Origin: Catajapyx aquilonaris
Lineage: Eukaryota
Length of the DNA stretch: 43,852 nt
Reading direction: 5' to 3'
Assembly: GCA_000934665.2 (NCBI GenBank)
Contig: JYFJ02003327.1
Coordinates: 1 to 43,852 of the forward strand
Part shown: in pieces, positions 12,584 to 25,745 of the stretch
Layout: every line of letters begins with the position of its first letter
How positions within the stretch are numbered: position 1 is the stretch's first letter
Program-made: the position numbers and the translations under genes
Notes under the pieces: model-generated
Databases searched by the model: none
Seen by the model: only the letters and a program-made list of their open reading frames with translations
What the model was told of the DNA's origin: nothing

Positions 12584-13239
12584 GGGGGTGCAGCAGCAAA
12601 AATACGGTACACCAGATGGCTCTGTAGCTATAACTGTCGAAGTGAGCCTATGGAATGGGTGTACAACAGCAGAAGGCATTTGTTGTCCTGTCTCAAACAA
12701 TCCCCGTCCTGTTGCCAAGCTCAACACTTGAACTCTAGAGACTCGCCTAGAGCCTCTCCTGCAACAATTATCGCCCCTGGCGACGACCACAAAATACTTG
12801 TTTGCCACATAAGAGGCTTCGACATGTGTACACTTTTGCGGCCGTACGGCCACAAAAATGGTTCAGACGACACAGAAATTGCACCAAAAACTAGATGATC
12901 TGGCGCAAGGCACCTAGTTCGTTTTTTTTCCTCTTCTTTCTTTTTTCTTTTTCATTGTCGGCGTAGAAATAACCTTTTCGGCGATTTCAAGTTAGGTAAA
13001 TGGCGTTCATGAAAAGTCCATTTGAATAACATGGCAGCAAGAATCGCAACAAAATCGGGCACGCTTCTGCAGCCATATGTCTGCATTTTTAATGCAAAGA
13101 TGTCGAGTATGGTATCATTGTAAAGGCCTAACCTTTGCGCAGGGCACCTAGTTCGTGATTTTCCAGATTAATGGCGCGTTTTGGGGCAAAAAAATAGTTC
13201 CTACGAAATGCACCTACTGTATTTTTGCTACTGCCCACC
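12584..13239. mobile_element. Kolobok-like non-autonomous element
   Basis: ttaa|gggggtgcagcagcaaaaatac ... gtatttttgctactgcccacc|ttat; imperfect TIRs. Confidence 0.55.
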
Positions 13240-13410
13240 TTATGGAATATATAGAATGCCTAGGCAATGTGTGAAACATTATGCATTTCATACTTTGCCA
13301 GGCCAATTTAGGCATTCAGATTCTACAGAATCCCTGCTTTCATACGTTGCTGGTAACATAGAGGGTGTTCCAAGTTTGTGGGTCGTTTTTTAAAAATTGA
13401 TGTCGCCCGA

Positions 13411-13539
13411 AGTAGTTATATTTTTGTAGCTTGTGTGCCCCTAACCAGGTGCCCCATTCTATAGAAACTGCTATATTCGACCCCGTGGGAGTAATGGGGA
13501 ATCTGGATCAGGGCACAACAAGCTACACAAAAATAACTA
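13411..13539. repeat. Small palindromic repeat; second copy near 23779-23920
   Basis: gtagttatatttttgtagcttgtgtgccc ... gggcacaacaagctacacaaaaataactac. Confidence 0.6.
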
Positions 13540-13598
13540 CTCCAGGCGATGTCAGTTATATAAAGAACGACAAACTGACTTGGAACACCATGTATATA

Positions 13599-14046
13599 CA
13601 GGGTGAAAGAAAACTCGCAGATAATCACCAGGCAGACTGATACTACTCGCAAAACTAATCTAGGGATGTGCAATTAGTATTGGGCGTCATTGCATAGTTA
13701 ATGTGTACTTAAATGTGCCTTTAACGTGCAGAGGGCCGGATGGTAAAATACAAGGGAAAAACAACGAAGTGCACGGGTGTCGTACCAGGATTCTTACTCG
13801 GACGAGATTTGATCACCTATTGCACATGTACGCTGTGTTACGGACCCAAGGCTGGATTGTTCGGAGACCCTCGAGCTGGCTTTTTCTTCTTGAAGCTGGC
13901 AGAACGGATGTGACGTCATGAAACTTTAAAAGCGCAGTACGCATTAACTATGCAACGGTGTCCCAAACTAATTGCACATCCCTATATTAGTTTCATTATT
14001 ACTATCAGTCTACCTGGTGATTGTCGGCTAGTTTCCCTTCACCCTC
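13599..14046. mobile_element. Tc1/mariner-type MITE
   Basis: ta|cagggtgaa...ttcaccctc|ta with about 110-bp imperfect TIRs. Confidence 0.75.
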
Positions 14047-14051
14047 TATAC

Positions 14052-14440
14052 CAGGGGTGAGCAACCTTTTTTCTCCGTGGCTGCGTAGAGATTTTTAAAA
14101 ATTTGACAGGCCGCATCTAACAAGAAATTTGAACTTATTAAAAAGTTTACAATTATACGAGTAAATCCATTGTTTTAAATGAACTTCCATTAATTGCAGA
14201 AATTATCATTAAATTCTCAGAGAATCGATAAAATTAGCTAAATATATCAATGAAAATGGCCTATATCAGAAAACCAATATTTTAGTGGATTTAAAAGAAT
14301 TAAAAAGAAAGGCACAGGAATAAAATTATGCAATTTTAATTTTTCAAAATTTTTGGGAATGTCGAAATTTTTGCGCTGGCCGCACAGATTGTCTTCGCGG
14401 GCCGGATCTGGCCCGCAGGCCGTTAAGTTGCCCACCCCTG
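14052..14440. mobile_element. hAT MITE
   Basis: TIR caggggtgagcaac / gttgcccacccctg; 8-bp TSD ctctatac. Confidence 0.88.
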
Positions 14441-15107
14441 CTCTATACACTGTACTCCCCATTATCCAGGCTAATGGCTGCTCAGCTGTGGCGGGATAAT
14501 TGGAAAACACTGACAATTCAAAAATGACCTGAAGTACCGTAGAAATGAGCTATTCATAGGTTATTAATTAATTACTATACGTACTGTACGCTGCTTTAAA
14601 TAAGGTTTAATCAAAATAATGAAACTGACAATACATTTTGAGTTTGTCTTCTGGAAATATTCTGTTATATTTCTTTGTGTGCGAGACATTCTGACATTTT
14701 TTCGGACTAGGTATTTTCTTTAGTTTTGGGTGATGCACGGATAATCCACATGAAGATAATCAGGAGTACAGTGTATTACACGAATTGCATTGCAAGTGTT
14801 ATTTGACTAGTTTTTGAAATTAGGACAAGTTCATATGGTTTAGGTTTTAGGGTTTTGTCACTTGGTACTGTTCCTTGCACTTAGCAAAGCTTGTTTTATT
14901 GCTGTTAGTTATTTCAGCATGTGAAAGCTAGCATATTAAGAAAAAGCCAGCTCAAGGCTTATTCATGTCAGTTAACTTGCTGGTTACAGGTGGAAACACC
15001 TTAGCAGTTATTTCAGTTGTTGGTACTTTTCCTCCGGTATTTTCGAATACTGTAATACCAATGAAGTGCAGATGATTTGCGACTGAGCTATGCATTCTTC
15101 TCAACAG

Positions 15108-15122
15108 GAACTGACCATGTGA
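15108..15122 (+). CDS. NACA: NAC alpha, last coding exon (ELTM-stop)
   Basis: ttcttctcaacag|GAA CTG ACC ATG TGA completes the conserved C-terminus NAIMELTM; total 231 aa. Confidence 0.93.
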   Translation, partial: ELTM

Positions 15123-15996
15123 AGATTGTACTGGCAGGATGTTCTGAAAGTTCCAACAACTTGCGTCAGTTAATTTTCAGGAGGTTCTTGGTAATTGCTA
15201 TCGACTAAATTTTAAGTAATGATATTGCGGTTTTGCCACATTTTCTCTCATTGACGATCGTGAACAGCATCGTGAAGATTTTTACGACTGTGTATTTTCT
15301 AATTGGAGGCTAGGGATGGCTGGATTGAAGTTTTATAATTTTTCAAGATGCAGAAAGGCATCTGTGGAGGTATTACATACAATGGGTGTTAGTTTCATAT
15401 CACTTATTTTGTTTGGAAAGGCATGCCATTTCTCACTGATGTGGTTATTAGCTGGCACACTTTCAATGAGGAATGACAGATGGAGACAATGGGCATATCA
15501 AGTCAGAAATGTGCAATCCGTTGAAAAGAAAATTATTCAAAAGAAGTACAGGGTCTGTTTTACTTGGTACTTCATAGATGCCTCCTCCATGTCATTAAAA
15601 AGAGGCCTCCTAAACCTGCAAACCAAGGAACCCCCAGCCTGTAGCCTCATTACTTTATCCTGACCATTTATTTTAGGCCCACATGTATGTTGTTGTGTCT
15701 AGAGATGAATCCCATACAATGCAAGAAGGTACTCCTGTAGGATTGTAATGAGATAGTGAAATGATAACGATTCAACGGCTGCTGTTAAAAATTGGCTGTT
15801 TTCTGAACTATTTTCATTCGATAAGTATGAGGGAAATTGTGGCAATGCAAGCAGCTGCTGTACATCTTGGTGTGATGCAAACTATTCTGTGAAGGAAGTG
15901 GCAAACATGCATCCATACACGAACTTTAAAGCAACATACTTTGGATTATTATTTTTTGTCATGGTGTGTATGATGGCTGAGTCATTAATTTGCATT

Positions 15997-16002
15997 AATA
16001 AA
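15997..16002 (+). terminator. Candidate polyadenylation signal of NACA
   Basis: AATAAA about 875 nt after the stop; also present in the paralog near 30515. Confidence 0.45.
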
Positions 16003-18133
16003 TAGCAATGTGGAATATTCATGCCCCCTGTTGAAGCAAGCTGTGAAATAGGATATGACACTTAACTAATTAAGTTGTGAAATTACTGAATCAAGCCAAG
16101 TTAAAGCATATCCTGGCAAGAAGTACCAGGAAAGGTTTTGTACACTTTCAGCTTAATACATAGCTGAGATCCACTTGTGCACCTTGTTCATTTTCTTTTA
16201 AACCAGTTTTTCTCCCAAATGCCTCAAAAGCTGCTGGCAAATCCATGTGTCTTCCCAAGTCAGTATTTTGTAGCAAGACCTGTATACTGATTGAGGCCTG
16301 CCGCACTCAAGACTCCTGAATGACGTCAAAGAGGCATCTCTTGTTCGCCTCCCCCTGCCTGGGATTGGTTGGTTGGGGAGGCTACCTCTCACATGATTGA
16401 CACTGCCCCTGGATACTGGTGAGCAGGCTATAGTTGGTTGTATTTGCGTGGTAATACCATCCACTCAAATCTTCTGCTCATCAGCTGAAGAGCTGTTGAG
16501 TGGCCTCATGTTAGGCCTTTTTTTGGAGATTTTTTTTTTCTTCGGTTAGTGGAGGTTTTCAAAACTCAATGAACATGTATATCAAACGAAGGAGAAACAC
16601 CGGGAGAATGCGCCTATGGAATTAGTTTTCCTCTAAAATGTAAAAGTAAAATTTTATAGCATTTCATTGGTCACTTGCTCAGTCACATGCCCAAGAACTG
16701 TGACCTCCACAATTAGTGATGCATTTGCGTTGCATCAGTCACATTTGGTGACACTAGTTGTGACCAATATAAGGTTCAGTATGTTATGTTTGAGGACTGG
16801 GTCATGCATGGTTCGCGAGAAAATAATAGGTATGTTTTGCAGATATACCATTAATTTCATTATTCTATAAAAGACCATTTTGCTCTTTCTGAAGATACGA
16901 ATAATGATTCTTATAGTACTTTTCGCCCTGATTCCAAATCTGCACTTAGAATATTTTCTGCTGTAAGGCACAGTTTCTGAGATATACCGTCAAGCCACTT
17001 TTCAATTTCAGACATCTGCCAATTCAAGAGCATTGGCTCTAGAGATTAACTAATTGTTGTAAAACATGGGTCTACAGTTACGGTCGACGTATACATGGAT
17101 GAAAGTTTCCTACAACATGTATGATAAAAACAACAAAAAAGAGGGGGTGGCTTAAGTTACCTCTCTCTCTCTCTTCTTCCCCCCCCCCCATATGGGGTAA
17201 CTTAAGCCAGCAGGAAGAATTCAGTGTTTCGCTTATGTTAGACGATGACACGGTAACAAAGTCCGTTGGCAGGGCGAAAATAAACATTTGCATATTGCTC
17301 CAGATATTCATTGTTCAAAATTTCAGTAAAATATTGCAAACCGACATCGCAAAATATCGCAAACCGACATCGAACCGACATCGAAAAATATCGCAAACCG
17401 ACTAATGGATGGACTGTAATCCTACCTGAGCAGCAACCCCTCCCGTCGTTCACACCCGGAGCACAGATGGGAGGCAAATGACGGTTGGCAGGCGGACAGA
17501 CCTATAGACAGAAAGGCAGACAGACAGACTTACAAATGGCTTTATATAGATTTGTTCTTGCAGGTGCTGTTCAAATGACACGTAGAATTGCACTTAACCC
17601 AGATATGCCGAGTGTCCCCTATAGGGGACACCTGCACAGTTGTTACATTTTAATTTTTTGCGCAGGTTCTTCTGCCGCTAAAGAGCTGGCAGTAGTGACG
17701 GGGGCTTCAGTAGAGTCCCAGCTAACTATACAAGTTCAAACCGGCTCAATATTGCTACAGATTTTTAAGATACAGGTGTTTGAATTTTAACGCAGGAAAT
17801 AATGGCTGCACCTCCACGTTCCGAAGACGATTAGTAATTAATTGTCGAATGTTGATTAGCATTGTGAGTTATTTTTTGTTTGTAATACTTAGAAAACTTA
17901 TGAATGATGATGTCCATGTGGAAATATAGGCATATTTTTTACTTTCCTTGTCTGAGGGTGGCGTTGAAATCGGGTGTCCCCTATGAGGGACACTCGGCAA
18001 ATGCACCACAAATGGACCGGCAAGTCAAGCACCGGTACTCTCGGCTACTGTATGTGTCCGGATTTTGTGCGTTTTGTCGAACTGAATTTTTATGAATCCC
18101 TATTTTTAAAACGAGGGTTACCCGGCAACTGGG

Positions 18134-18252
18134 TTGCCATGGCAACCATCGTAGCTATGCTGGTAACCCATTGCCATGGCAACCATCGTAGCTATGCTGG
18201 TAACCCATTGCCATGGCAACCATCGTAGCTATGCTGGTAACCCATTGCCATG
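18134..18252. repeat. 37-bp tandem repeat, about 3.2 copies
   Basis: Unit ttgccatggcaaccatcgtagctatgctggtaaccca at 18134, 18171, 18208. Confidence 0.9.
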
Positions 18253-18298
18253 TATACAATCAAACATTATCATGCATACAAACTTTCTCTTTTCGGTA

Positions 18299-19110
18299 CA
18301 GTGAAGCCCAGTGGCGGATCTAATAGGGGGGAGGGGTGATCGGGGTGATCCCCGCCCCCCCCAAGCTGAAGCAAGAAACAGAAAAATGGCCATGTCTCAA
18401 TTGTATTTTACTTGCTTTTATCCGATGTGCTTACAGAGTTTGAAATTTTTTCGCCTGCGGCGGGCTCACTTGGTTTGGGGGGGGGGGGGGGGNGGCGACA
18501 AATCACCCCCCCACCAACGACATCTAGATCCGCCACTGGTGAAACCTGTGTATAGCAGAATAGCACGGTGCCCTAGAAAAATCGTAATTGACAAGTTTCC
18601 GCTGAAAATTAAGATTTTCCTAGTCATCAGCACCAAACGGGTAAGATTGGAAGTGAACGCTGCAACGGCGCAAAGCATTGTGGGCGGAGAATGGGGGAGG
18701 AAAAAATGTGGCGCTGTTGTTGCGGATCGCGCCCGAACCATTTAACGATGTCGGAACCGTGATGTCGGATATACATAGTACGGTATATCAGCCGTTTCCG
18801 CTATATTCGACACGGTATTTGTGTCCGATACATACGCCCGTTCCCGGGAAAATTTCGCAATGGACAAGTTTTTGTAACACTCAGGGTATGTTATGGACAG
18901 GTTTCACTACATATTTATCTAGAGTGAAACCTGAACGTAACGGAAACTTGCCTATTGAGGAATTTTCTGGTAACGGGCGTATGGAAAGTACACGATTTCC
19001 GCGTCGAATATAGCTGAAATTGTGTAATATTCATACGACAGTTACCAGAAAAATTCCACAATAGGCAAGTTTCCATTATACACAGGGTCCGTTGTGGCCA
19101 GGGTTCACTG
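18299..19110. mobile_element. Tigger-like MITE
   Basis: ta|cagtgaa.cc ... gggttcactg|ta; left end split by the hAT MITE. Confidence 0.6.
18309..18538. mobile_element. hAT MITE
   Basis: TIR cagtggcggatcta / tagatccgccactg; TSD gtgaagcc / gtgaaacc. Confidence 0.85.
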
Positions 19111-19639
19111 TATATTTATATATAGCTAAACCTGTACATCTATGAATAGCAAGTGACTCTAAAATTCCGCAATGAGCAAGTGTCCGCTATACCCTCCTGA
19201 GACCCAAGAAGCCATTTGTGCAATTATTTAGTAATACTTTGAAAGAACCTTCTGTAGTGGAGGTGTAGAATCCCATTTTTCAGAATATTTCATATTTTTG
19301 TTGCAATCACTCATTGCAAATTTAGATGTCCTATATATAGGACACTGGGTCTTAGCTATAACATTCCTTCTCTATATTTTTCAATGAATTAAAAAAACAC
19401 TTTCATCTTTATTTCAATACAGCAGCCTATATCTTACGTTTTCCTTGTATATACAGTATAGCCATACTAGATGGTACATTTGCCGAGTGTCCCCTATAGG
19501 GGACGGCACTTTTCTTACAAACTATCATTCCATAAATTTTTTTATCATTTTTGTTGTGTTATGGGGACTATTATGAACTAATAAAATCAAACAAAAACCA
19601 AAATTTCAACAAAAAATCTTTCAGGCATATCTGGGTTAA

Positions 19640-20028
19640 TATTGCTTAATCGGCATTTACATTTCTTATCAGTGCAGTACTTTTTGCAACTGCAACTTAT
19701 GAATCCCTGCTTACTACCTGAACTTAAAGCTGAAGCCGATCGAAGAGATACAGAACTGGTTGAAGGAACTTAATTCAGATCGATAAAATTGGAATCGGCA
19801 GGTGTAAACTCATTGCGAGCATACAGCCTCTCTCAAATTCCTTCTTTGGTGCCCAACTGGTAGAGCTCAGATGCATTAATGTCGACAACAACAGCTGGCA
19901 CATTCCTGGGAACCAAACGTTCTCGATCTGCTTCAGCTTTCAAGTTCACGTAGTAAGTAGGTATTCGTAAGTTGCAGTTGCAAAAAGTACTACATTGATT
20001 AGAAATGTAAATGTCGTTCAAGTAATAC
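19640..20028. mobile_element. Palindromic MITE
   Basis: About 100-bp arms containing gtactttttgcaactgcaactta / taagttgcagttgcaaaaagtac. Confidence 0.7.
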
Positions 20029-20538
20029 TGAATGTAATTCTTTGTGTGACTTACCGGTAAGTGTCAGAACGCTAGAGGTGGATTGCTAGGTCTCCATAAG
20101 TCAATTTTCAAGAAAAATTAGCTGAGGATATCGATTGGTAGCTTATGGTACACCCCACCCCCTCCTGAGGTCAGAATACACCAAATGTCTCTAGGTCCAA
20201 GCACGGAAATCGGAGGATTTTTCCAAAGCCATTAAGTCCATATATACAGAACAAAAACTCAAATCTCAGAATGACACAAATGGACCTAGGGGACATTGGA
20301 ATCCCGCCTCTTATGGTGAAGCAGGTAATAGTTCCTGGAAAATAAACAGGATCATCAAATGTTAAGTATTTCAACCATTTGCCAAACAGCAATAGGGTGA
20401 TTTATTTCCAGCATCTACATGGCATAGTGGGAAACAGGAAACTGCCACAACGAGTTATGGGCGTCTTCTAAACCAGCCATCCCGACACGAAATAGACGTT
20501 GGTAATTGTGGTGGGCCTGACTGTATTCCCCGACTTAA

Positions 20539-21307
20539 AGGAAGGGTTCAGTGATTTTGCATGTTGGGCTTCAGAGATCAAGGAAGACTCCCTGATTCCA
20601 AAAATGTGGTCAGTTTTGGAATCTGACGCCGCGTAAACAAATGCCGTTAGGTGAAAGTCCATATCCGCTACTGTATTCGATACGGTAAGAGTACAGCCAG
20701 CGCCTCCCGCGGAAATTCCGGTAACCTGCCACCACCGTGGCCAATGAGATTGGCTTAGTCTCGGAGCCCATTTTTGAACTAGGAAACTGCTTGCGGCTGG
20801 ATTTGGAACAAGGAAGTGAGAGGGAAGAAGGTGGGGGTAGGGCTCGAACTGGTATGGAAGTATCCCGTAGGCATAACTCGGAGTCGGCTGCCTTGTTTGG
20901 TCACTCGCGCCCGTGCTCGCCCCTGTGCTCGCGCCTGTCTCTCCCTCTCGCCCTCCGTCTGCCCTCCCCGCTGCCTTTCCATGGCCCTTGGCACTCGGGG
21001 CAGGTTCCACTCGGGTCGAAAACCCAACCATCTGGCTTGAATGCGGCTTGTCTCTGGGGGCTGCCATCTTTTCACGGGACACGGGTTCCCTCTAGCCACA
21101 AGAGTGGAAGCTTCGACCGCTGCATCGAAGTTTCCACTCTTGTGGCTAGAGGGAACCCGTGTTCGGCGCTGATTTTCAAAAAAATCAACTTTGACTTGAA
21201 ATTTTACGCTTATGGTGCATTTACCACCAAAACGGACCGGATATTCAGAATCAGAGAGTCCTGCTCGATTTTTGAAGCTCAACATGCAAAATCACTGAAC
21301 CCTTCCT
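20539..21307. mobile_element. Kolobok-like non-autonomous element
   Basis: ttaa|aggaagggttcagtgattttgcatgttg ... caacatgcaaaatcactgaacccttcct|ttaa. Confidence 0.85.
21079..21162. repeat. Near-perfect 84-bp hairpin
   Basis: acacgggttccctctagccacaagagtggaa ... ttccactcttgtggctagagggaacccgtgt. Confidence 0.9.
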
Positions 21308-24060
21308 TTAAGCACTTCTTCCACTAGTCTTGCTGAATAGCGAAAGAGCTGAATAGGCTTGAGTCATGGCACAAGTCATCGCTAACTATATTGCAAAAGT
21401 ATGGATACTGCTTCCCCAATAAGCCACACACGTAAAAATTGAAACCTGATTTATTTATTTTCTGCCAGTGATAACTTCGTATTTCATTTGGGAGTAGGAC
21501 TGTCCAATTTTCAGCAAAGTCGAAGTGCAAAACCAAGTGAAACATCTGTTTTGCAGGCTTAAGCAAAAAATACCACTTTTCATATAATATATGTGTGTAA
21601 GAGCGGAAAGTGGGAAGTGTGGCCAATGCTGCTCAAAAATAACACAGGAACATGAATGAATTTTGTTAGAATTCAGCGGTACGAACTTAGAGGAAGCCAA
21701 TCGGTCCGCTAGCTGCATGGAAAGTTGACGAAAGCTCTAAGCAGCTAACCGAAAAGTTATGCCCGCGGTTAGCGGATTAGCAGCGCTAATGTCCACCACT
21801 GCATTTTGTGCAGTACTGAAAATTCCTTAGAATAAGCTTTGGGTCAAGTATAGTAACACTTGACCGACCCAGGCCCACCCTTATTTTGAATTGTGCGCCT
21901 TCCTACGGGAACGTGGCTACAGTAGTCAAGTTAGGTGCAGAAATATTTCATGGAACGTGTAAGGAATACATTCTGGAGGACATTTATGGGTATCTAATTT
22001 TTTCCCCCTAATGTTTCATTCACAAAATGGCATGTTTTAAAATGTCCGGTAATTTTAGCCGAAATACGGAAATTTTGACTCTGGTGGTGCTGTTGCTTCA
22101 AGGCGTCAGGTTGCCAACGCTGCGTCGCTGCCAGAGAGAGACCAGTAGACCAGTAGACCAGTAGACCACTTTGGAGCCGACCAAAGATTCACTGCGTTCC
22201 TTGGCTCAGACCACTCAGACAATATCTAGGAGTCTACGTCAACGAGGTGAGTGATGCCCAGGCCCTGACCAGGAGCAGATCCGTGGGCAAACGCAGGGTA
22301 AGGGCCATTGCGACATAGGGAGAAGGCGAGAAAAGGGTGGGGGCGCGGGTGGGAGGCTGTGGGTCAGGCAGGAATAACAGTTGGCGGGAAGAGTCGCGGG
22401 TGGGGGGCGGGGGGACCAGGGGCAGCTCAGGGGCAAAGCGGCATAGCCAGTCTGAATCCTCAAAAATGCTATTTCCTCGTACAGACGTATTTGAGTGACC
22501 GGCACCAAGTACTGTACGTGTACGCCGCGTGGCCCTGTGACTTTAGTTAGATGTGAGCGTACTGTATCGAACTGGGTGCTAAATAATGGGTTTGCATTAG
22601 CGCAGCATCGGTGTCAGCAGGTGTCGGGTCTTGTGCTTGGCCCCCAGTTCAGGCCTGGAAAGAGAATCCCCCGGTGGGGTCTCCCCCCACCTCCCTCCCC
22701 CGACTACAGAAATGTATCCGTGGTTTTTGCCATTCTGGAACCACTGTCTGGAACTTACTGACTGGAGGGAGGACATTGGCCAATATGGCGGCGACACCCA
22801 TATCTCAGTACTTCATCCCGGCCCTCCTTCCCGCCAATATTTCCCGCCAAATATCCCCACCACCACCACATGGACTCCCTCTCTCCCTTCCCCCTCCCCC
22901 TGATGTGACGCATCTGGCAACACCGCCGAACACGTGGAGGGGGGTGAGTGGGGGTGACGCCATTCATGACGTCATCTGCGGCGGGGTTTGTCAGCGTCCC
23001 TCGCTGGCGTCCCCCCACCGAAAATCTGTAATATGCATCCGGGCCACCATGGACAATCCGTGTTTGCCGAATCAGTCGTATGTTGGCTCCACGTTGTTTA
23101 GTTCGGGTACACCCTGGTAAGTCATGGGAGTTTGCGAATCTCCAGTAAGGGCAATAACACTTTCTAGAATTTCCGGGGCCAGAATTCGGGAGTTTCCAGC
23201 GGAAACCCTCCTGATGGTGTAACCAGCCCTATAATGGGACTGTACATGACACAGGGGAGAGTATTGTTGAACTATGGGTACGTTTTCCTACTTAGTCTGC
23301 TGGAGAGGAGCTCCAGTGACATAGCTGGAGAGGGCCGTGGCCTCCTGTGGAGAGTACGGAAGTGCACTGTCAGAAAACAAACGCTCTGGAGGGCGCTTCC
23401 TTGTTGACCAACCACGGAATTCAAAACCCAATTCCTCGCCATTGAAGATGCCTGCCACCCATGAAGAGTGAACTGCAGTGACCTCCCCCTATATCCCCCC
23501 CCCCCCCCCAAATTGTTGCCACTCCTCAGCATAAAATTTCATCCCCTCTCCCTCTTTAGTGTTGGACTTATGGAATAGGTTAAAAATAATCTGGTATATG
23601 TGTCCAATAATACAGATTCCTGGTAAATGACGTCTTACTCCAGGAATAAGTCAGATTCAGGGAAAACACTTACTGCAAAAAAAAATTGTTAATTGTGTAG
23701 ACTGTAGACCTATGTGATAATAAAATCAATACATACTAGCCTACACCCTACAGGGTCTCCTGAATATTTGGGTTTTAGGTTTCATATTTATTGCCAAAGT
23801 AGTTATTTTTGTGTAGCTTGTTGCACCCTGATTCAGATGGCCCATTATATTTACAGGCGGTCGAATGTAACAGTTTGTGTATAATAGGGCACCTTGATCA
23901 GGGTGCAACAAACTACACAACAGCAACAGCTTCGAGCTGGTGCTGCAAACATGAAGGAAGCATAGGAAAACATGAAATTACTTTTACTACAGATCCAATA
24001 ATAATAGTACTGTACATGGTTTCAAAACCTGCTGTGATATGTGATATGACCCCAAATTTT

Positions 24061-24061
<1 letters not shown>

Positions 24062-24103
<42 letters not shown>
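24062..24103. repeat. (CT)n microsatellite
   Basis: Direct reading. Confidence 0.95.
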
Positions 24104-24106
<3 letters not shown>

Positions 24107-24440
24107 CTTCCCTTTCTCCCCTTCCCTCCCTCCCCCTCTCTCTTGATGCAGTTTTTTATACCAGCAAAAAAAACAGTAGCCGATGGCCACAAGCTTAAAG
24201 CATCAGTTCTTTTGTTCAAAACTGTTGTATATACTGGGATTGAATGATTCTTACCATACTAGATCTTGCATTGTAATAACTGCAGGAGAATGCACTTTGC
24301 AGCTTCTTTGTTATTTGTACTCCCCCGTCCATCAGTTCCTTTTTCACCATTCTGCAGAATGCAGGGAATGAAAAAAAAATTAACGGCCCAATATGTGGTG
24401 ACTTGTTTTGATGGCAAAAATATATTGCGTATACACCTGT

Positions 24441-24511
24441 GCTCCTACAGCTCAGGGGTAGAGCTGCACTTGTATAAAGTGTAGTCCTAGATTTGATTGC
24501 TAGTGGGAGTT
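24441..24511 (+). pseudogene. Degraded duplicate of the tRNA-like element at 4089
   Basis: Same position relative to the coding exon; B box and T stem mutated (ctagatttgattgctag). Confidence 0.65.
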
Positions 24512-24628
24512 GTAGTGCTTATGCGCAATGGTCACCCTGGGGCAGGACACTTGCATTACTTCCTGCATTGGCATTCTCAAGAGCAGGAACAATACTTATG
24601 TTTCATACTGCTTTTATGTACATTCAGC

Positions 24629-24925
24629 ATGCCCGAATTGACGGAACTGCCCAAGAAGGGGCAAACCAGTGACGAGAAGTGTGCAGGGATGTCTGGAGCT
24701 GGAGCTGCCGCTGCAGCTTCTGGATCAGGCACCGAGTCTGATTCAGAGGAGTCAATCCCTGAGCTCGAGGATGTGTCCCCAGGAGCAGGGGACGGTGCTG
24801 GGGCACAGGGTCAGAGCTACGCTGCTGCTGCTGCTGGTTTGGGGGAAGAGATGGTGTCCAAGGCTAAGCAAAGTCGTGGTGAGAAGAAGGCCCGTAAGAT
24901 CATGTCCAAGCTGGCCTTGAAAGAG
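24629..24925 (+). CDS. NACA-like paralog, coding exon 1
   Basis: 3 nt differences from 4293-4589; ends KLALKE|gtagg; splice sites intact. Confidence 0.85.
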
Positions 24926-25419
24926 GTAGGCTAAATTGGCATTTGACTGGTCAACAGCTATTGGTTTTGTGCAGCTTGTATGCTGTGTACTTTAAGGGTA
25001 CAGTGGAAGGATGGGCGTATGTTCTTGAGAACTAATCGTGCCAAGAGTGCTTTCAAAAATCAACTTATGCATGCTCCATTTAATGTAGTTGAATTTCCCA
25101 CCCCTCAATCTGGTCCTCCCTGTCTATTTCATCCAGGTCTGCTCCACATGAAAGTTCACAAATTGCTGACCGATTCAGATGAAAAAATGCATAAAATTGC
25201 TGTCTCATGACTCCTCCGATCAGGTACTTTTAGATTGCAAGGGTTTCCAGATGACAGTTTTTCTCTTCTTCTGTAAAATTTCTTATTATCGACTTACACT
25301 TAGCTGCTTTTGCTTTCGAGCTCTTCATATACTCTGGTACCAATTCACATGCAGCTCTATAAAGCGACTTCAGGCCAAATCAACTAGATGATGATATTAA
25401 TATTAATAATGATAGTGAT

Positions 25420-25652
25420 GGTAGGCCTCCTTGGGCCTTTTAGGGGATCATCTTTTAATCAACCATCTTTAATCATTGCCTGTCCTGTGATGGATTTTGA
25501 TTATGGGAGGAAATGGGAGCGCCACAAGAAAACCCACGCGAACACAGAGAGAACCCCTCGAAACTCGATCCACATGAGCATCCTCTGTCTGACCCGGGGA
25601 TTGAACTCAGGACCTCAGAGGTGGAAGGCTATGGCACTAGCCACTACACCAT
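25420..25652 (-). mobile_element. tRNA-derived SINE family B (V-domain-like), older copy
   Basis: Homologous to 25746-26007. Confidence 0.7.
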
Positions 25653-25745
25653 TCCTAATGAATCCCTTACTATCTATTTGATTTAGGGGCGGCACACCCC
25701 TAAATCCGGATCAACCTGTACTAGAAAACTGTATTTTAGGTATTA

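Larger units (their letters stand above)
17598..19635. mobile_element. piggyBac-like non-autonomous element with nested inserts
   Basis: ttaa|cccagatatgcc ... ggcatatctggg|ttaa; internal repeats tgccgagtgtcccctatagggga. Confidence 0.85.

Noticed and set aside
14870..14992. Possible H/ACA snoRNA (hairpin followed by ACA)
   Set aside because: No convincing ANANNA hinge or 5' hairpin.
16198..16464. 88-aa minus-strand ORF repeated at 30716-30982
   Set aside because: No recognisable domain; its persistence is explained by the near-identical duplicated tract.
20468..21327. Overlapping ORFs of 168-204 aa
   Set aside because: GC-rich interior of a non-autonomous element; no transposase motifs.
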